A stretch of 15,145 nucleotides of DNA from Planctomycetota bacterium (lineage in GTDB: Bacteria > Planctomycetota > GCA-002687715 > DRQF01). The DNA lies in NCBI GenBank assembly GCA_036479435.1, contig JAZGFI010000080.1:1-15145 (forward strand), written 5' to 3'. How positions within the stretch are numbered: the stretch's first letter is position 1; the number at the start of each line of letters is the position of its first letter. The translations under genes and the position numbers were made by a program. The notes under the pieces are model-generated. The model had not been told where the DNA came from, searched no databases, and saw nothing but the letters and a program-made list of their open reading frames with translations. Shown piece after piece: positions 13,995-15,145 of the stretch.

Positions 13995-14801
13995 TCACAT
14001 CCTGTTTTTCGGAATGTAGATCTTGTCGACTTGCCATTTTCCGTCGACTTCGTGTTGATGGATGACATGATCGCGGGGCCACGTCCAGGGCACGCCGACT
14101 TGCATGTGGCCGCGCGGAAGGCGAGTCGCTGCCTGCATCTCGGTTTTGGTGGCGGGCCGTAGTTCGCGGTCGGTATGACCTGCACTCAGGTATGGACCCT
14201 TTTCTCCCGAATAGAAGTAGATGCGACCATCCTTCCCCCGGTTCGGATGGTAGATCGACCGCCCGACTTCGCGCCAGTTTCCCCGCGGAGAGCGCAACAT
14301 GATTCGCATGGGTTCTTGGGAGTAGCGATCGGCGGCAGCGCGACGTGCGGTCAAGAAGACCGAGCCCTTGGCTGAGATCAGCCTCGGAGGTTCTTCGGCT
14401 CGCAAACATAGATTTGCAAGTTCTTTTCGGTACGGAAGCAGCTCACGAGTTCCGGTCTTCAAATTCATGACCTCGACCATGGCGTCCGCCTTGAGTCTAG
14501 TTCGCTTGTGTACCAAGACCAAATCACCGCAAGTCCACCCCAGCTTGAAAGTCCCGCCGCCTTGTCCTCGGTTTCTGAGATTCAAATGTTCGATAATCCG
14601 GACGCGCTTCGTGCCGAAGTCGTAGCGGCCCAAACGCCAGATGTCCTTTTTGTAGTCCAAGGTCTCATTCATGAAGTCAGTTCGATGACGTATGAGCGAA
14701 GACTCGCGATGGGTAAACAGAAAGCCGGAACCATCCGGGAGAGGAGAAACAGAATGGAACTCCCATTTCTGTTCAAGGGGAGGGCCGCAAGCGCCAAGGT
14801 G
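13995..14801 (-). CDS. Hypothetical basic beta-rich protein, probably a lipoprotein with a disrupted or unclear 5' end
   Basis: The 225-aa ORF from ATG 14672 has no clear RBS. The frame stays open 43 codons further upstream (HLGACGPPLEQKWEFHSVSPLPDGSGFLFTHRESSLIRHRTDF) to a TGA at 14804-14802. That extension includes a lipobox-like LGA|C and a TolB/PD40-like PDGSGFLF. Confidence 0.55.
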   Translation of the reverse strand, partial: HLGACGPPLEQKWEFHSVSPLPDGSGFLFTHRESSLIRHRTDFMNETLDYKKDIWRLGRYDFGTKRVRIIEHLNLRNRGQGGGTFKLGWTCGDLVLVHKRTRLKADAMVEVMNLKTGTRELLPYRKELANLCLRAEEPPRLISAKGSVFLTARRAAADRYSQEPMRIMLRSPRGNWREVGRSIYHPNRGKDGRIYFYSGEKGPYLSAGHTDRELRPATKTEMQAATRLPRGHMQVGVPWTWPRDHVIHQHEVDGKWQVDKIYIPKNRM

Positions 14802-14963
14802 TCAGCAGCCAACTTCGTTGAGGGCAATTCGGCGATTTATCGCCACGCTCTTTGAGGCTCATTGGGTTCTGAGCCTCATTCATCCTGGTGGTCGGCATCC
14901 GAGCCATGCCTTCGAAAACCTCGGAGGTTTTTCCTCTTCAAGCGCCGTAGGCGCCCCCACCCC

Positions 14964-15013
14964 AAAAAAAGAGGCCTCCCCAAGCCGCTCTTGACAAGCG
15001 ATCTGAGAAGGCC
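14964..15013 (-). terminator. Rho-independent terminator for a minus-strand transcript entering from the right edge
   Basis: The minus strand reads GGCCTTCTCAG-ATCGCT-TGTCAAG-AGCGGC-TTGGGGAGGCC-TC-TTTTTTT: long stem with several G-U pairs that only work on this strand, followed by 7 U. Confidence 0.75.
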
Positions 15014-15122
15014 AATGCCTCCGATATCTAAACCCCGGAGACAAAGTCTTGTCACAAACGCTGCCGCCCAAATCCAGCCTTTGGCCAATCTTGTTTCAAA
15101 TTGATGAAGACCTTCGTGACAA
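14964..15122 (-). ncRNA. Candidate structured non-coding RNA or structured 3' UTR (family not recognised)
   Basis: Three consecutive structural domains on the minus strand, all using strand-specific G-U pairs: a 10-bp closing stem (15122-15113 / 15058-15049) enclosing smaller hairpins, a 9-bp stem (15043-15035 / 15024-15016), and the terminator. Confidence 0.35.
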
Positions 15123-15145
15123 ATGCCGGTCACTTTCCTGCCGAT

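Noticed and set aside
14991..14996. Perfect TTGACA on the + strand
   Set aside because: There is no -10 at 16-18 bp, and it sits in the loop of the minus-strand terminator.
14876..15133. 85-aa minus ORF and overlapping short ORFs at the right edge
   Set aside because: The frame runs through a clear terminator and U tract and the translation is not protein-like. It is not fully excluded because the frame is open to the window edge.
1..15145. CRISPR array, tRNA/rRNA, transposase or integrase
   Set aside because: No regularly spaced repeats, cloverleaf, rRNA-like sequence or recombinase motifs were seen.

Overview
GC-rich bacterial window; the protein style suggests a Planctomycetota-like organism (inference only). 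The left half is housekeeping, all on the minus strand: an RhlE-like DEAD-box helicase, then pstS, a long-form pstC and a long-form pstA that runs off the window start. An 11-bp-period TTTACA direct repeat (candidate Pho box) lies upstream of pstS. The right half is an accessory cell-envelope region: (1) a 979-aa secreted PQQ/BamB-like beta-propeller fused to an HExxH..E metallopeptidase-like domain; (2) a truncated alpha/beta-hydrolase remnant; (3) two tandem secreted acidic proteins that appear to share an unnamed ~130-aa module and have hairpin-rich 5' leaders, one of them containing no Lys or Arg in 419 aa; (4) a His-rich lipoprotein; (5) a probably 5'-disrupted lipoprotein-like gene; (6) a ~160-nt strand-specific structured RNA ending in a terminator at the right edge. 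No rRNA, tRNA, CRISPR array or mobile element was recognised. All family assignments come from reading motifs by eye, not from database searches.
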